DNA of 63,903 nucleotides, counting the filler, from Octopus bimaculoides (Eukaryota): assembly GCF_001194135.2 (NCBI RefSeq). It is 6 parts of 6 records of this genome, joined end to end, with 100 filler letters (N's around TTAATTAATTAA, not from the genome) between each part and the next. Parts side by side here need not be neighbours in the genome. Positions count along the whole stretch, not along the records: positions 1 to 22,861 come from NC_068994.1; 5 more parts are not named here. One strand, written 5' to 3'. Position numbers and translations under genes: made by a program. Of this stretch, positions 1 through 12,566 are shown in pieces; position 1 is the stretch's first letter, and the number at the start of each line of letters is the position of its first letter. A model generated the notes under the pieces. That model did no database searches. It saw nothing but the letters and a program-made list of their open reading frames with translations, and was not told where the DNA came from.

Positions 1-67
<67 letters not shown>

Positions 68-216
68 GTGTAGTGTGTGTATGTGTATAGATGTGCGCAA
101 GTGTGAAAATATAGTGGCTATGATATATGTATGACTTTCCAATTGGGAGATACCTTTTGACTCCCAATTCTTGTTTTACGGCTACCAGTTTGTTGTTTGT
201 TTCGCTATTTATATTA

Positions 217-1440
217 CAGTGAGTAAAAAGGTAGAGACAAATCAATCAAATAAATAAAAAGCAAAATTGTTTTCAAATTAATTCATTTATTCAGGCTTTT
301 TACTTGCAATGTTCAAAGTTTGTTCCTTCGTGATCAATGCACAAGTGCAACCGAGTAGGCACCGTATGGCACACGTATTTGTAGAGTTCATTATAAATTT
401 CCTCAAACTTTTCACTAATTTTAAATTTTAATTCCTGAATAGTACAAGGTTTTTCACGATAAATAAGGTCGTTAAGGGTCGCCCTCCAAAAGAAATATAG
501 CGGTGTAGGGTCTGGGGAGCGTGCCGGCGACTCAATCGGATTGCAGCATCCGATTAATTTCCCAGGAAAGTTTTCATCAAGCCACTGATGTGCATGTCGT
601 GCATTATGAGGTGGGGACTCCATCTTGCTGGAAATAACAGTTTTGATCTTGTACCCTGAGCCAAAAGGAGGTTTGCAACATATCCAATTACCTGACCCCC
701 ATTGACAACTCTCTCAAGAAAAAAAAAAGGACCAATTATTCCTAATGAAGGTATGGCTGCCCAAACTGTCACACCAGGTAAATTCACTTCCTTATCAACC
801 GTGACTCTTGAGTTCCCCTCATCCCAGTAGATACAGTTGTGTCTGTTGTGTCACTGAATTTAAAACAAGCCTCATCTGACCACAAGATACTGTCAAACAC
901 TGATGCGTCTCTGACAAGTTTAACCAGGAACTCTTCGCAAAATTGAAGACGGCGGTCATCATCTCCATCCTGAACAGTATGCAGTAAGTGTGGAATGTAA
1001 GGTTTCCATTTTTTCTTGTGAAGGATACGCATAACACTTGCCTGGCTCACTCCCATCTCTGCAGATAAACGGCGAGTTGACTTTTGTGGAGTTCGTTGCA
1101 GTCTCCTCCTGGTGACTTCTTTAGCCTTAGATTCATTCGTAGCCGTTTATGGATTACCAGACTTTTTATTTTACAGTGGCTGCCGACCATGTTTCAAATT
1201 TCTTGACAATTTAATGCCTGTTTCTTCCATGGGACGAGTTAATATCAAAATCCTCGGCCAGACGACGTGCCGTCAAGGATGGTCTTCCATTGCATTTGCA
1301 GTAATGTTTCACAACTGCTATGCGTTGATTTATTGAAAGCGAATTCATGGGTCAGTTTGATGTAAATTTGATAACTTCCAAAAACTGTCAATAATAATCT
1401 GCAAAGCTACAATGAAGAATCTAATGAACGATTTTGACAT
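217..1440 (-). mobile_element. Decayed Tc1/mariner-superfamily DNA transposon
   Basis: Frameshifted transposase pieces: SILWSDEACF, PGVTVWAAI..GIIGPFFF, PHNARHAHQWLDENFPG, PARSPDPTPLYFFW. A TA-CAGTG terminus lies at 215-221. Confidence 0.85.
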
Positions 1441-1934
1441 TTTGCGTACCTGAATTTCCAAGGCAACTTATCGATATCAGCATGACGGCTAAGTGTATTC
1501 ATCCATCTTACCTGCAACTGATCAATCGGTAGCGCTGGATTACGACACCCCTACCATCCATTCATTCCTCTGCTGTGTAACCTATCTCCCTGTTTACATG
1601 TACTTGAGTTCATTTCATTGCACTTCATTTCAGCTTTCTAGTTTGCTATTGTACCCATTTCCCGCCTGGAATACAATTCTTCTCGGTGCAAGAGGTCGGG
1701 TTGTAATATCAACCAGTATTAACAATATGATACACGATCCAGATTTAGTAACTTTCAAAAACTCTCAGTAATAACCTGCAAAACAACAAAGAAAAGCATG
1801 ACTTCCCAGTAACTGGACGCTACTTTTCACTTACCTGCTTATATATATATATATTTACATATATATACATATAACACATACACACACAAGCACACATATA
1901 TTCATATATATAAATATCTATTTGTATATATATT

Positions 1935-1994
<60 letters not shown>

Positions 1995-3152
1995 TATATT
2001 CATATATGCAAGTAAATAATCTCGTAGTTTTATTTTCCTCTCTCCTCAATTTCTGTGTATATATGTATGCATGTACGTGTGTATANNNNNNNNNNNNNNN
2101 NNNNNNNNNNNNNNNNNNNNNNNNNNNNNNNNNNNNNNNNNNNNNNNNNNNNNNNNNNNNNNNNNNNNNNNNNNNNNNNNNNNNNNNNNNNNNNNNNNNN
2201 NNNNNNNNNNNNNNNNNNNNNNNNNNNNNNNNNNNNNNNNNNNNNNNNNNNNNNNNNNNNNNNNNNNNNNNNNNNNNNNNNNNNNNNNNNNNNNNNNNNN
2301 NNNNNNNNNNNNNNNNNNNNNNNNNNNNNNNNNNNNNNNNNNNNNNNNNNNNNNNNNNNNNNNNNNNNNNNNNNNNNNNNNNNNNNNNNNNNNNNNNNNN
2401 NNNNNNNNNNNNNNNNNNNNNNNNNNNNNNNNNNNNNNNNNNNNNNNNNNNNNNNNNNNNNNNNNNNNNNNNNNNNNNNNNNNNNNNNNNNNNNNNNNNN
2501 NNNNNNNNNNNNNNNNNNNNNNNNNNNNNNNNNNNNNNNNNNNNNNNNNNNNNNNNNNNNNNNNNNNNNNNNNNNNNNNNNNNNNNNNNNNNNNNNNNNN
2601 NNNNNNNNNNNNNNNNNNNNNATATATATATATATATATAAATCTTCCGTAATTTTTCAGTTCTGATAACTCTGATTCTTCCAGTGATTGTTTGCGTTCA
2701 AATCAGCCCATTATTATGAAGGTTCACCTCAATTACAATGGTCCTCCCACATATAATATATATTAATGTTAATGAGTAATTTATTTGACGTACACATGTG
2801 GGATGTTACTAATAAAGACATCGGTTGTTTGCTGTCAAATTGACTCGGCCATTTATAGACATTTCGGTCTGGAAGTTTTCTTAAATGACGAGTTGGAAAG
2901 CCTTCCTCATAATAACCTCATAATAGCTTCGTTTAATCTGTTATAACGCATGACCCGTTTAACGCGGTGAGCTGGTAGAATCGTTACGGCGTTGTAAAAA
3001 AAATCTCTTGTATTTTGTATTCTGAGGCCAAATTCTGTATTGGTCAGCTTCAATTTTCATTACTCCGGAGTCGGTAAAAATAAAATGCCAGTCAAGTACT
3101 GGCGGTCAATTGTAACAACTACTTAAATAAGCAACAATTATACAGGGCCCGT

Positions 3153-3525
3153 GGAGGTGCAATGGCCCAGTGGTTAGGGTAGCGGACTCGTGGTCATAGG
3201 ATCGCGGTTTCGATTCCCAGACCAGGCGTTGGGAGTGTTTATTGAGCGAAAGCACCTAAAGCTCCACGAGGCTCCGGCAGGATATGGTGGCGAACCTTGT
3301 ACTCTTTCACCACAACTTTCTCTCACTCTTACTTCCTGTTTCTGTTGTGCCTGTTACACTGTGTCACGCTGAATATCCCCGAGAACTACGTTAAGAGTAC
3401 TCGTGTCTGTGGAGTGCTCAGCCACTTGCACGTTAATTTCACGAGCAGGCCGTTCCGTTGATTGGATCAACTGGAACCCTCGATGTCGTAAGCGACGGAG
3501 TGCCAACAACAACAACAACAACAAT
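3153..3525 (+). mobile_element. tRNA-derived SINE, full length with (CAA)n tail
   Basis: tRNA-like head GGAGGTGCAATGGCCCAGTGGTTAGG..GGTTTCGATTCCC (A- and B-box-like); ends in CAACAACAAC. Confidence 0.85.
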
Positions 3526-4348
3526 CTGCTCATCCATTTCATCAAATTCTTTTATCGCTTCACGAAATTCCCTCAGTTCACCGAGTCCGCTGCCCTAACC
3601 ACTGGGCCATTGCGCCTCCACATGATGAGCAGATAAGGTATTAGGCATCTCGCTCATTAACATGTGAATCTGGGGCTGAATAGAAGCACATTAATGCATC
3701 TACATGGAACCTATTTCAAAACATAGCTGCCGAAAAACACGAGGTTTTCCGAACAAGTGGTTCTCACGATAGGCAAGCAACCTGTCTAGAAATATATTTA
3801 TTCATTCCTCTTGGTCTACAGATATCTTAAGACGCCTATAGGGGGTGCTACAAGGGCCTTTGCAGTTCATTGAAACTTTAAATTTAACTACTTTCATTTT
3901 TGTTGTGACCTCCATATTAACTGCATCTAAATGTATGGCGCGAGGATTTAAAACTTAAAAGAATAATACTGTACTTCAAGTATAATTTAGCTATAAGGGG
4001 TTGGTGGAGCTGTATGAGTGGATCGGTAGCGCGTCGAACAAAATGTGGCTACATCCGTTTGATTTCAAATCCTACTCAGGTATATTGTTTTTTTTTTAAT
4101 CCTTCCGAGGTCTATAAAATAAGTAGTTGGACAGTGTGGGTAGGTCTATATATTTTTTAATTCGTTTTAGACATTGGAATGCGGCGATGTTGGAGCACCG
4201 CTTTCGAGAACACTCGACAAGTTTGTGTGCTCCAGCATGGTCAAAAGGCTAATGACGGAAGCAAGTAAAATTATAGTATAAAAAGTCAGAAAAACAATAA
4301 TAGTAACAACAACAAAAACAACAATAGTAACAACATCAACCGCAGTAA

Positions 4349-4392
<44 letters not shown>

Positions 4393-4862
4393 ATAACAAC
4401 GTCATACAACTCCCCCAGTAAATTCGGCGTTTATAATCTGTTATTTACGTTTATATCAGTTTTCCGACAGAAACCATTTGTTTCCTTTATGAGTGTGTCA
4501 TCACATGTTTTTAGCGTTGCTTTGTATCAATAGCATACATTGTGAGAAGAGAGGTCAGCCTCTACCTGACCCATGAACACAATGATAACTTTAATGTTAT
4601 TTAAACATAGGAAAAGTTTCGTAGTAACACTGACATCAAAACAAAGAAGACCTTTAAGAAATACGAGTAGCCGAGTTGCTTATATCTATCACGAAAAACA
4701 TAGTTATACGAGATGGTTTTTCGTATACTAGAATTTACTTAGCTTTTTATTTTTACTTTTACGCAAGATGTTGTATACATTATATCTAGGGGCGGGCAAA
4801 TGTATATCTAGGGGCGGGAAAATGTATGCATGCAGTTGATTTGTATGTGTGGAATGTTCTTT

Positions 4863-5201
4863 TCATTTCTCATTTTTCTTTTTTAAATCCAAGCAATTCA
4901 TAAGTCGACGAAGGGATCTGCGTGAGATGCCTAGTTCATTGGAAGTCCTCTTTTTTGATTTCCGGGGACTTTGAGCGAATGTTTGTCTCACAAGCATTTC
5001 ATTTTCTTGAGTGGTAACACGGACCGGTCGACCACTCTTATGTGCATTGCAGATGGACCCAGTCAGCTCAAATTTGTCACGTATTCTGTAAACAGTTAAT
5101 CTCAACTTGGCTGGTCTTTGATACTCTTCAGTCCAATTCCGTCTGACCATTTCTGAATTCTCTGTTTCCCAGTATTGCTTGATGATTTCACTTTCGTTCA
5201 T
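4863..5201 (-). mobile_element. Tc1/mariner transposase N-terminal (HTH) fragment
   Basis: IKQYWETENSEMVRRNW..TVYRIRDKFELTGSI..KSGRP..SPRKSKKRTSNELGISRRSLRRL. Confidence 0.8.
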
Positions 5202-5339
5202 CGTTGGTCAAATTTTCCGTCATATAATAAATACGTGGAATTAGGAATCCCTACATTTCCTTTCTTCTACGACAACGGTTTGTGATGATAGAGGGAGATA
5301 CGGTTGTCATTTCTAGTAGGTCGTGCGATCACTTCCAAG

Positions 5340-5515
5340 CTTTCTTTTCGGCCTCACTGTGGGTTAAACGTTCGGGAATGGTTAAACCTTAATTTTGAGG
5401 GGAGGTGTAGAGGACAATGTGGAGCAATTGAGTGGCCCTCACGATCCCCAGACCTAACACTACCCGACTTTATCTTGTGGGGTGGATTGAAAAATCTTGG
5501 TTATTTCCTGAAACG
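5340..5515 (+). mobile_element. Tc1/mariner transposase C-terminal fragment
   Basis: PHCGLNVREWLNLNFEGR..IEWPSRSPDLTLPDFILWG. Confidence 0.8.
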
Positions 5516-6464
5516 ATTCCTGAATTAAAACAAGCAAAAACCGTGGGCCAAATGCGTCATTTGAAAATGAATCAAAATATGGTTCCTGTTGTTTGACTAA
5601 AAGCACATTTCCTAAACACCCAGCAAAACAATAATTACTTCATATTATATAAATAGACTACATTCCATTGACTAATTTAATTAACTCTAATTACAATATT
5701 CGGACTATTAACTTCGTTTTTAGTTATGAATTACTTTTTAGTATTTACATTTACAAAGGGCGATGCCTTGACAGAATCATTAGAGCATCGGATAAAATGC
5801 CTTGCGATAGTTATTACCCTTTAAGTTCTGAGATCACATCTGGTCGAGGTCGACTTCGTATTTATGCTTCTAGGATTAATAAAATGAAGGACTGGGATCG
5901 ATATAATTGACTGCTTTCCTATCATCAAATTCCTAGTCCCGTGCTTATGGTGGCAAAACCAACATTCGTATCTTCACTACATTTCGGTCAGTTTGACAAC
6001 CGATCGTCATCAAGTGTCTTATTCATGGATATGCATATAGCACTTACCCACCAGGCCATCGACGCATGCGCGTCAGTCTAGTAGTTAATGAAACACTCGA
6101 TGGCCATTGGTGAACAAACCAAACGAAATGTAATATAAATGTATGTGGGTTGTCTCTGATGAAATTTGAATACAGAACATGAAGAGAACGGAAGAAATGC
6201 CGTTAAGCTTTTTGTCCGGCGTGCTAACGAGTCTTCCAGCTCATCGCTTTACGATTATTGCATTATAATCTCAACACACAATTCAACCTCGTAACTCATT
6301 CTACATATTTCCGACAGCGAAATATATTTTGTCAAGCTTTATTCAAGACTGCTAAACGAGTGACCTAAATCATTCTCATATGATTGTCTCGCCCTATTCT
6401 TCCCACGATCAAAATATACGATCTTCGCAGCTGTACTGTTTGTTGTAGTAGTATAGGCGAAAGG

Positions 6465-6680
6465 AAGGCGGTGAGCTTGGCAGAAACGTTAGCACGCCGG
6501 GCGAAATGCTTAGCGGTATTTCGTCAGCCGTTACGTTCTGAGTTCAAATTCCGCCGAGGTCGACTTTGCCTTTCATCCTTTCGGGGTCGATAAATTAAGC
6601 ATCAGTTGTATATTGGGATCGATCTTATCGACTGTCCCACTCCCCAAAATTTTGGGCCTTGTGCCTAGAGTAGAAAAGAT
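6465..6680 (+). mobile_element. SINE family A copy
   Basis: AAGGCGGTGAGCTTGGCAGAAACGTTAGC..GAGTTCAAATTCCGCCGAGGTCGACTTTGCCTTTCATCCTTTCGGGGTCG; at least ten related copies occur in the window. Confidence 0.85.
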
Positions 6681-6689
6681 ACACACACA

Positions 6690-7405
6690 CACTGACACGC
6701 AGACATACACACACANNNNNNNNNNCACACACACACACACTACTAGAGCGTGTGTTTAATTGGCAAAATATGAGCATTCTCGAAATATAACAATATCTGT
6801 TTCAACACACGATTCCACATCAAGAATCTTGCAAAGTAAAATGCATAAACAAGAAACTCCATTTTATCATCTTTCAAATAAACCGATCAACCAGCAGCAC
6901 TATCACTCGGGGAAACAAAAAAAATGACATAAAAAAAAACTTGCTACCTGTACCACACACAGACACACACACTCGTACACACAGACATACACACACACAC
7001 TGACACGCAGACATACACACACATGCACGGGCACACGCACACACAGACACACACATACACATACAGTGACACACAGACGTACGCACACGCACGAACACAC
7101 ACGCACACGCAGACACACATGCATACACACACACGCACACACACTCACACGTACACACACACGCGCACACACACGCACACATATTTACACTCACGCACAC
7201 ATAGACATACACACACGCCTGCGAACACACATCCCACACACACATACACTGACATGCAGACGCACGGACACACATACACACACGCACGGGCACACACACA
7301 CACACACAAACACACACATGCAGTGACACGCAGACGTACACACACAGTGTGACTCGCAGGCATACACACACGCACGAATACACACACACACACACACACA
7401 CTCAC
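6690..7405. repeat. Long degenerate (CA)n-derived low-complexity tract
   Basis: CA/CACG/CATA mosaic that generates the spurious HT/CV ORFs. Similar tracts lie at about 35770-36070 and 37230-37690. Confidence 0.9.
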
Positions 7406-7789
7406 AGAATAAAGCCTTTTGAAAAACCCTGTCCTCTTTCTCGCCGCCTCCCTCACCATCATGTTAATCCAATCACAAAATGACAACCTGCCGGAGGCGG
7501 CAGCTTCAATTTAACAATGTAACCGCTCGTATCACTTCTCAAACAATTTACTCTAGAACTAGTTCATATCCTGCTTAATACATTTCTTTATTCATATCTT
7601 TTGAAAGACGCCATATTATGTTCCTTCTACAAGGTTAACTGTCTGACCCTACTAACCACTCGCCTGTCACTCTCAATCCGAATACCTCAAAGGTGCTGTA
7701 AATAACAATTAACAATCTCCCTCCCTTATTCTCTTTCCTCGGTGACTCCACCCAGCATGACATCCATAGAGCCAGTTACATTAGTTTTA

Positions 7790-7975
7790 AGTTTTGGCAC
7801 AAGGCCGCCAATTTCCGGTAGGGAGCATGTCGATTACATTGAGCCCAGTGTTCAACTAGCACTTATTTTAGGATGAAAAGCAAAGTCGACCTCGGCGGAA
7901 TTTGAATACTGAACGTAAAGTCGGACGAAATGCCACTAAGCGTTTTTCCCGGTGTGCTAACCATTCTGCCTGCTA
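7790..7975 (-). mobile_element. SINE family A copy
   Basis: Reverse complement of the family A core (GCAAAGTCGACCTCGGCGGAATTTGAA..GACGAAATGCC). Confidence 0.8.
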
Positions 7976-8648
7976 TCATTAAAGGTGCAAAACTGAGTAT
8001 TACCATTTTGGTTGATAACTGATGAAGAACTAGGGACCCTCTGTGTCTGTCTCACATCTTTTAATTTATTAGATTAGTTACTGATTACTTAACGCTACTC
8101 ACCAGATGTCCATTTGATTTGTAGACTTCACCGAATACAAATGTCTTTGATATCAGCAACAACTTTAGCCTTGTCTATTATAAGAGCTTCGTTGCTAAGT
8201 TTCTCGCCTGTAGATTCTATCTGCCACTCATTTCTTGGAATGGAAACATTTTGCCGGTCTGCATTGTGCTGCTTGTGGTGACAGGTCTTCCCGAATATAC
8301 TCTGCCAGCTCATTTAACTCACAACATAGACATTTCCAACTGCACAAAATCACTGCGCATGTCAAGGAAGCAGACTAATAACTCACACTTTTCAGTCAGG
8401 AAAAGACCATATTTCAAACATTTCCAAAGTCAGTATTTATGCGAAAGCTTCACAATATCTGTGATCTCTTTTAACGATTTCACTTTGCAGATATAAAAAG
8501 TACTAGGTTTTAATAATAAAAAAAATAAATAACTACCGGGATCGACTTATTGGGCTAAACTCTTCATAGTGGTGCCCCAACATGGGCACAGCCCACTGAC
8601 TGCAAAAAGCAAAAGAGTAAAAGAAGACTGGACCTTTTTGATATTTGT

Positions 8649-8654
8649 TTTATT
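8649..8654 (-). terminator. Candidate polyadenylation signal (AATAAA) of gene A
   Basis: TTTATT on the + strand, about 165 nt downstream of the gene A stop codon. Confidence 0.5.
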
Positions 8655-8819
8655 GCTGCATTCATTAAAACTTTGAGCGAAATATTACTTTAACCAGCTA
8701 AAAGCAAACCCAATCAATTCAATGGCGTACAAGGATGAAAAAGAAACAAAGAAATGAAAATGAAAATTTCACTCCTACAGGTTGGTAAACAAGCCGGGCC
8801 ATAAGGGCGCTGATGCGGT

Positions 8820-9427
8820 TTATTTAAAATACATCTGGATAATATAAAGACGTTGGCGTTTAAGTTTGTCTTGTTGAGCTTTGCGTTGATCGAACCATCC
8901 TTTGAAGAGGTCGCTGTCTTTGCCCAAACCTGAATCTCCTGTTTCTGCGGTTGATGAATCTCCAAGAGACGGTCCTTCCGGTGCTTTTTGTTGCTCATCA
9001 GATGACGGCATCTTGAGATGGTGCAAGCAATTGCAGTGACTTCCCGGACAGTAGCCCCAATGGCAGTTGTTATGACACCAGTAATTCATACCCGGAACAT
9101 AGTTGTAACCTGTGTGCACGTTGCAATGTCCGTTACATGCGCAGTGGGTCCCAGGACAGTAGCCACCCAGACAGTTGCTTCCGCACCAGTGTTGGATGCC
9201 AGGGACGTGGGAGTACCATCCGTGACCTCCACACCACCTGTAGTTACTCATATAAGGTGCATAAGGAATATGATGCATTGGGTAATGTGCATAATGCATA
9301 GCAAGTGGATAGTCGCTGCCATTTGTGGGTACAAAGGGAACGACGGGTGACACTTTGTCTGACATAGAATAAGATGCCGCGTAACATTTGACGTATTCCT
9401 TTGGAGTAGGGTACATCTGAGTTGCCT
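8820..9427 (-). CDS. Gene A exon 3 (terminal): end of the LPMO-like domain, His/Tyr-rich linker, two six-Cys repeats, charged tail
   Basis: TTTCCTGTTTTTCAG acceptor; the phase-1 join G|AG keeps the frame (..LRQ-E-ATQMYPTPKEYVKCY..). Contains two C-x15-C-x3-C-x4-C-x4-C-x-C repeats and ends at TAA 8822-8820. The three exons total 1029 nt (342 aa plus stop). Confidence 0.88.
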
Positions 9428-9496
9428 CTGAAAAACAGGAAATTTAGAGGAAATAAATATGTGTGTATATACATATATTTATTTTTTAAGGTGGTG

Positions 9497-9568
<72 letters not shown>

Positions 9569-10117
9569 AAGATTGAATCAGATTCATCCTTTAATTTGGA
9601 GGTTTCCAAAAACAGATTACTCATATAGATTCTTCATATTTTGCTGGTAGTTTACAGGCGTAAATTTGCGAATATGAAAATAATACTTGTATATGATGTG
9701 TTGTGAATTTATGGAAAGAAATCCCATAAAACTCAACAATTTTGTTTCAAATGCAGAAGAGAAGATGTTAAAATATAGAAGAGAATTTTAATTCATGCAG
9801 ACAATCATTTCATACAGAGATATAAAAATCATGCAAATTTATGGTTGAATTGAATTGACTAAATTAATTAAATTAATTATATATCACTGTACTATTCAGT
9901 GCAAGAATATCGATCTAATCAGTTCGTGCCAGTTACGAGGCCAAACATCCCCGAAAGTTTCATTCGAATCTATCCAACGACTCTTGAGATATCTTGTCCA
10001 AAGAAACAAACACGACTGAAAACAATACCTCCACCTTCGCTAAGGCGGAGGCAATAAAATAAATAAAGTAAAATAAAATAAAAATAAAAAATAACGACCT
10101 CATCTGGGAATACTTAC

Positions 10118-10406
10118 CTTGTCTTAGAATCCATTGTACTACACAGTTTGTGCAATTCCAGGTTTTTGGCAATTCCGATGTCACCATGTAGGTTGTATTC
10201 ACTTTTATTGTCTGAACCTGTTTCAGCGGGGTCACGGTGAGGCAGTCACTCGTAGCAGGAACGCTGTTGTTTTCTCTTTGGCAAATGTACACTTCGGCTA
10301 CGGCGTTATCTGGATCATCGATTTGAAAAGATCCAGTTATCATCTTCTCATTTTTCGCCAGAATTATGGTGATGTTTTTCTCCAAGGTAGTTTGGTTGGG
10401 AAGTAT
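10118..10406 (-). CDS. Gene A exon 2: core of a divergent LPMO/AA15-like (chitin-binding type-4-like) domain
   Basis: T-rich tract plus TTTAG acceptor before 10406, and G|GTAAGT donor at 10117 (phase 1). Encodes ILPNQTTLEKNITIILAKNEKMITGSFQIDDPDNAVAEVYICQRENNSVPATSDCLTVTPLKQVQTIKVNTTYMVTSELPKTWNCTNCVVQWILRQ. The motifs EVYIC..PATSDCL and LPKTWNCTNCVVQW resemble AA15 EFRLC..ATQECL and LPxGxxCxxCVLQW. Confidence 0.85.
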
Positions 10407-10979
10407 CTAAATATTGCACATAAAAATAAGAAAAAAAAAAATGAGAAAATATAAAAGGAAAAAAAAAAAGAGAGATTTATAAAGTTAAGTGTTATAGCAA
10501 AGATGCTTTTAGTATCGTCGCAGGTGTGGTAGTGTGGTAAATAACTTGCTTCCCAAATACATGGTATACGGGTTCAGTACTACTGCGCAGGACCTTGGGT
10601 AAGTGTCTTTTAATATGGACGAGTATTCAACAAAGGGTTGTACCGTTTATGTAAATCTTGCTCAGATTCAGAGTAACTATCTGTGACAATCCAATATGTA
10701 CCACCACTTCAAAACACACACGCACACCGTTATGTGCGCGGGTACAGATACAGGTCATTTTCATTTGTTTCAGTAATTTAACTGCGGCCATGCTGCGGCT
10801 GGAGCAGCGCTTTTAGTCGAACAAATCTACTCCAGGAATTATTCTTTGTAAGCCTACTACTTACTCTGTTGGTCTCTTTTGTCAAACCGCTAAGTTACGG
10901 GGACGTAAACACACAGACATCGGTTGTCAAGCGATGACGAACTGGGGTGGACAAATACAGACACACAAACGCACACACA

Positions 10980-11150
10980 CATGTATGTACGACAGGCTTC
11001 TCTCAGTTTCCTTCTACCAAATCCATTCACAAGGCTTTGGTCGGCCTGAGGCTATATTAGAAGACACTTGGTCAAGGTGCCATGCAGTGGGACTGAACCC
11101 GGAACCATGTGGTTGGTAAACAAGCTTCTTACCACACAGCCACTCCTTCT
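10980..11150 (-). mobile_element. SINE family B copy (intron 1 of gene A)
   Basis: Reverse complement of GGCTGTGTGGTAAGAAGCTT..ACATGGTTCCGGGTTCAGTCCCACTGCATGGCACCTTG. Related copies lie at about 10517, 14300, 54028 and 62475. Confidence 0.8.
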
Positions 11151-11850
11151 TTCAGTTTCCATCAACCCACTCACATATGTTTGATGTATGACTTTTTCAT
11201 CTCAGGGTTGTTTAACCCTCGGTCCAGTCTGGCCAAGAGTTCCATCCGTATACATACCACCGCCATTCTCTCTGATGCCTACGTCTAAGTTGTCCTTTAT
11301 TTTCTTCAGCACGATTTGGTGTGATTTGAGGGAGATTCGGTTGCTATTTCTACCAAGTCAGGCAACCGTGAAGTAGCTCTCTTTNNNNNNNNNNNNNNNN
11401 NNNNNNNNNNNNNNNNNNNNNNNNNNNNNNNNNNNNNNNNNNNNNNNNNNNNNNNNNNNNNNNNNNNNNNNNNNNNNNNNNNNNNNNNNNNNNNNNNNNN
11501 NNNNNNNNNNNNNNNNNNNNNNNNNNNNNNNNNNNNNNNNNNNNNNNNNNNNNNNNNNNNNNNNNNNNNNNNNNNNNNNNNNNNNNNNNNNNNNNNNNNN
11601 NNNNNNNNNNNNNNNNNNNNNNNNNNNNNNNNNNNNNNNNNNNNNNNNNNNNNNNNNNNNNNNNNNNNNNNNNNNNNNNNNNNNNNNNNNNNNNNNNNNN
11701 NNNNNNNNNNNNNNNNGTAGCTCTCTTCTTGGCTCATTTAATGATAAATGTGTTTTGGACCAGCAACTGCGATCATTAGTTTCGTACTTTGCTTTTGCTT
11801 ATCGTTCGACCGTGAACGAGCAAAGATTAAGAGAAAGAAAGAAAGAAAGA

Positions 11851-11886
<36 letters not shown>

Positions 11887-12228
11887 AAAAAGAGAGAGAG
11901 AGAGAGGGAGGGAGAGAGAGAGAGGGAGGGAGAGAGAGAACGTTGTGGTTTGAGTAACTTATATTGTCTCTCTTAATGTTTCCTGGTTCGTTAGGTTGAC
12001 TTGATTAGTATGTAGCGCTAATTAGTTACAAAAATATTAGAAATAATACGTTAGGAAATCTCCACACACACACACACACACACACATACTCACACACACA
12101 CGCTCACATGTATAGACATATACACAAGCACACACGTATGTATCTGTAAGATAGGGATGTATAAATAAGTATGGCTACATGCAATCATACATATATAGAC
12201 GTCTCTCTTTCTCCCTCTCCCTCTCTCC

Positions 12229-12264
<36 letters not shown>

Positions 12265-12506
12265 GGGAGAATATACAAATAATAACAACAGACGAGGACA
12301 GGTGGTGTAAACAACAAAAGGATGTATTAGTATGACGCTCGGGAATACGGAAAGTCTTTGACGTTTCGAGCTACGCTCTTCAACAGAAAGAATACGGAGA
12401 CAAGGAGAAAAACACGGAGAAAAAAAATTGAATAGTGTTCAGTCAACGGTCAATCATATCTACCTATCTACCTATCTATCTATCCACATACGCATAAATT
12501 TCCCTG

Positions 12507-12566
<60 letters not shown>

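Noticed and set aside
6874-7486. Cys/Val- and His/Thr-rich ORFs (many similar ones across the window)
   Set aside because: These are translations of (CA)n/(TG)n, (TA)n and (GA)n microsatellites or N gaps.
9018-9350. Plus-strand 110-aa ORF over gene A exon 3
   Set aside because: Antisense shadow of the Cys-rich exon, with no splice or motif support.
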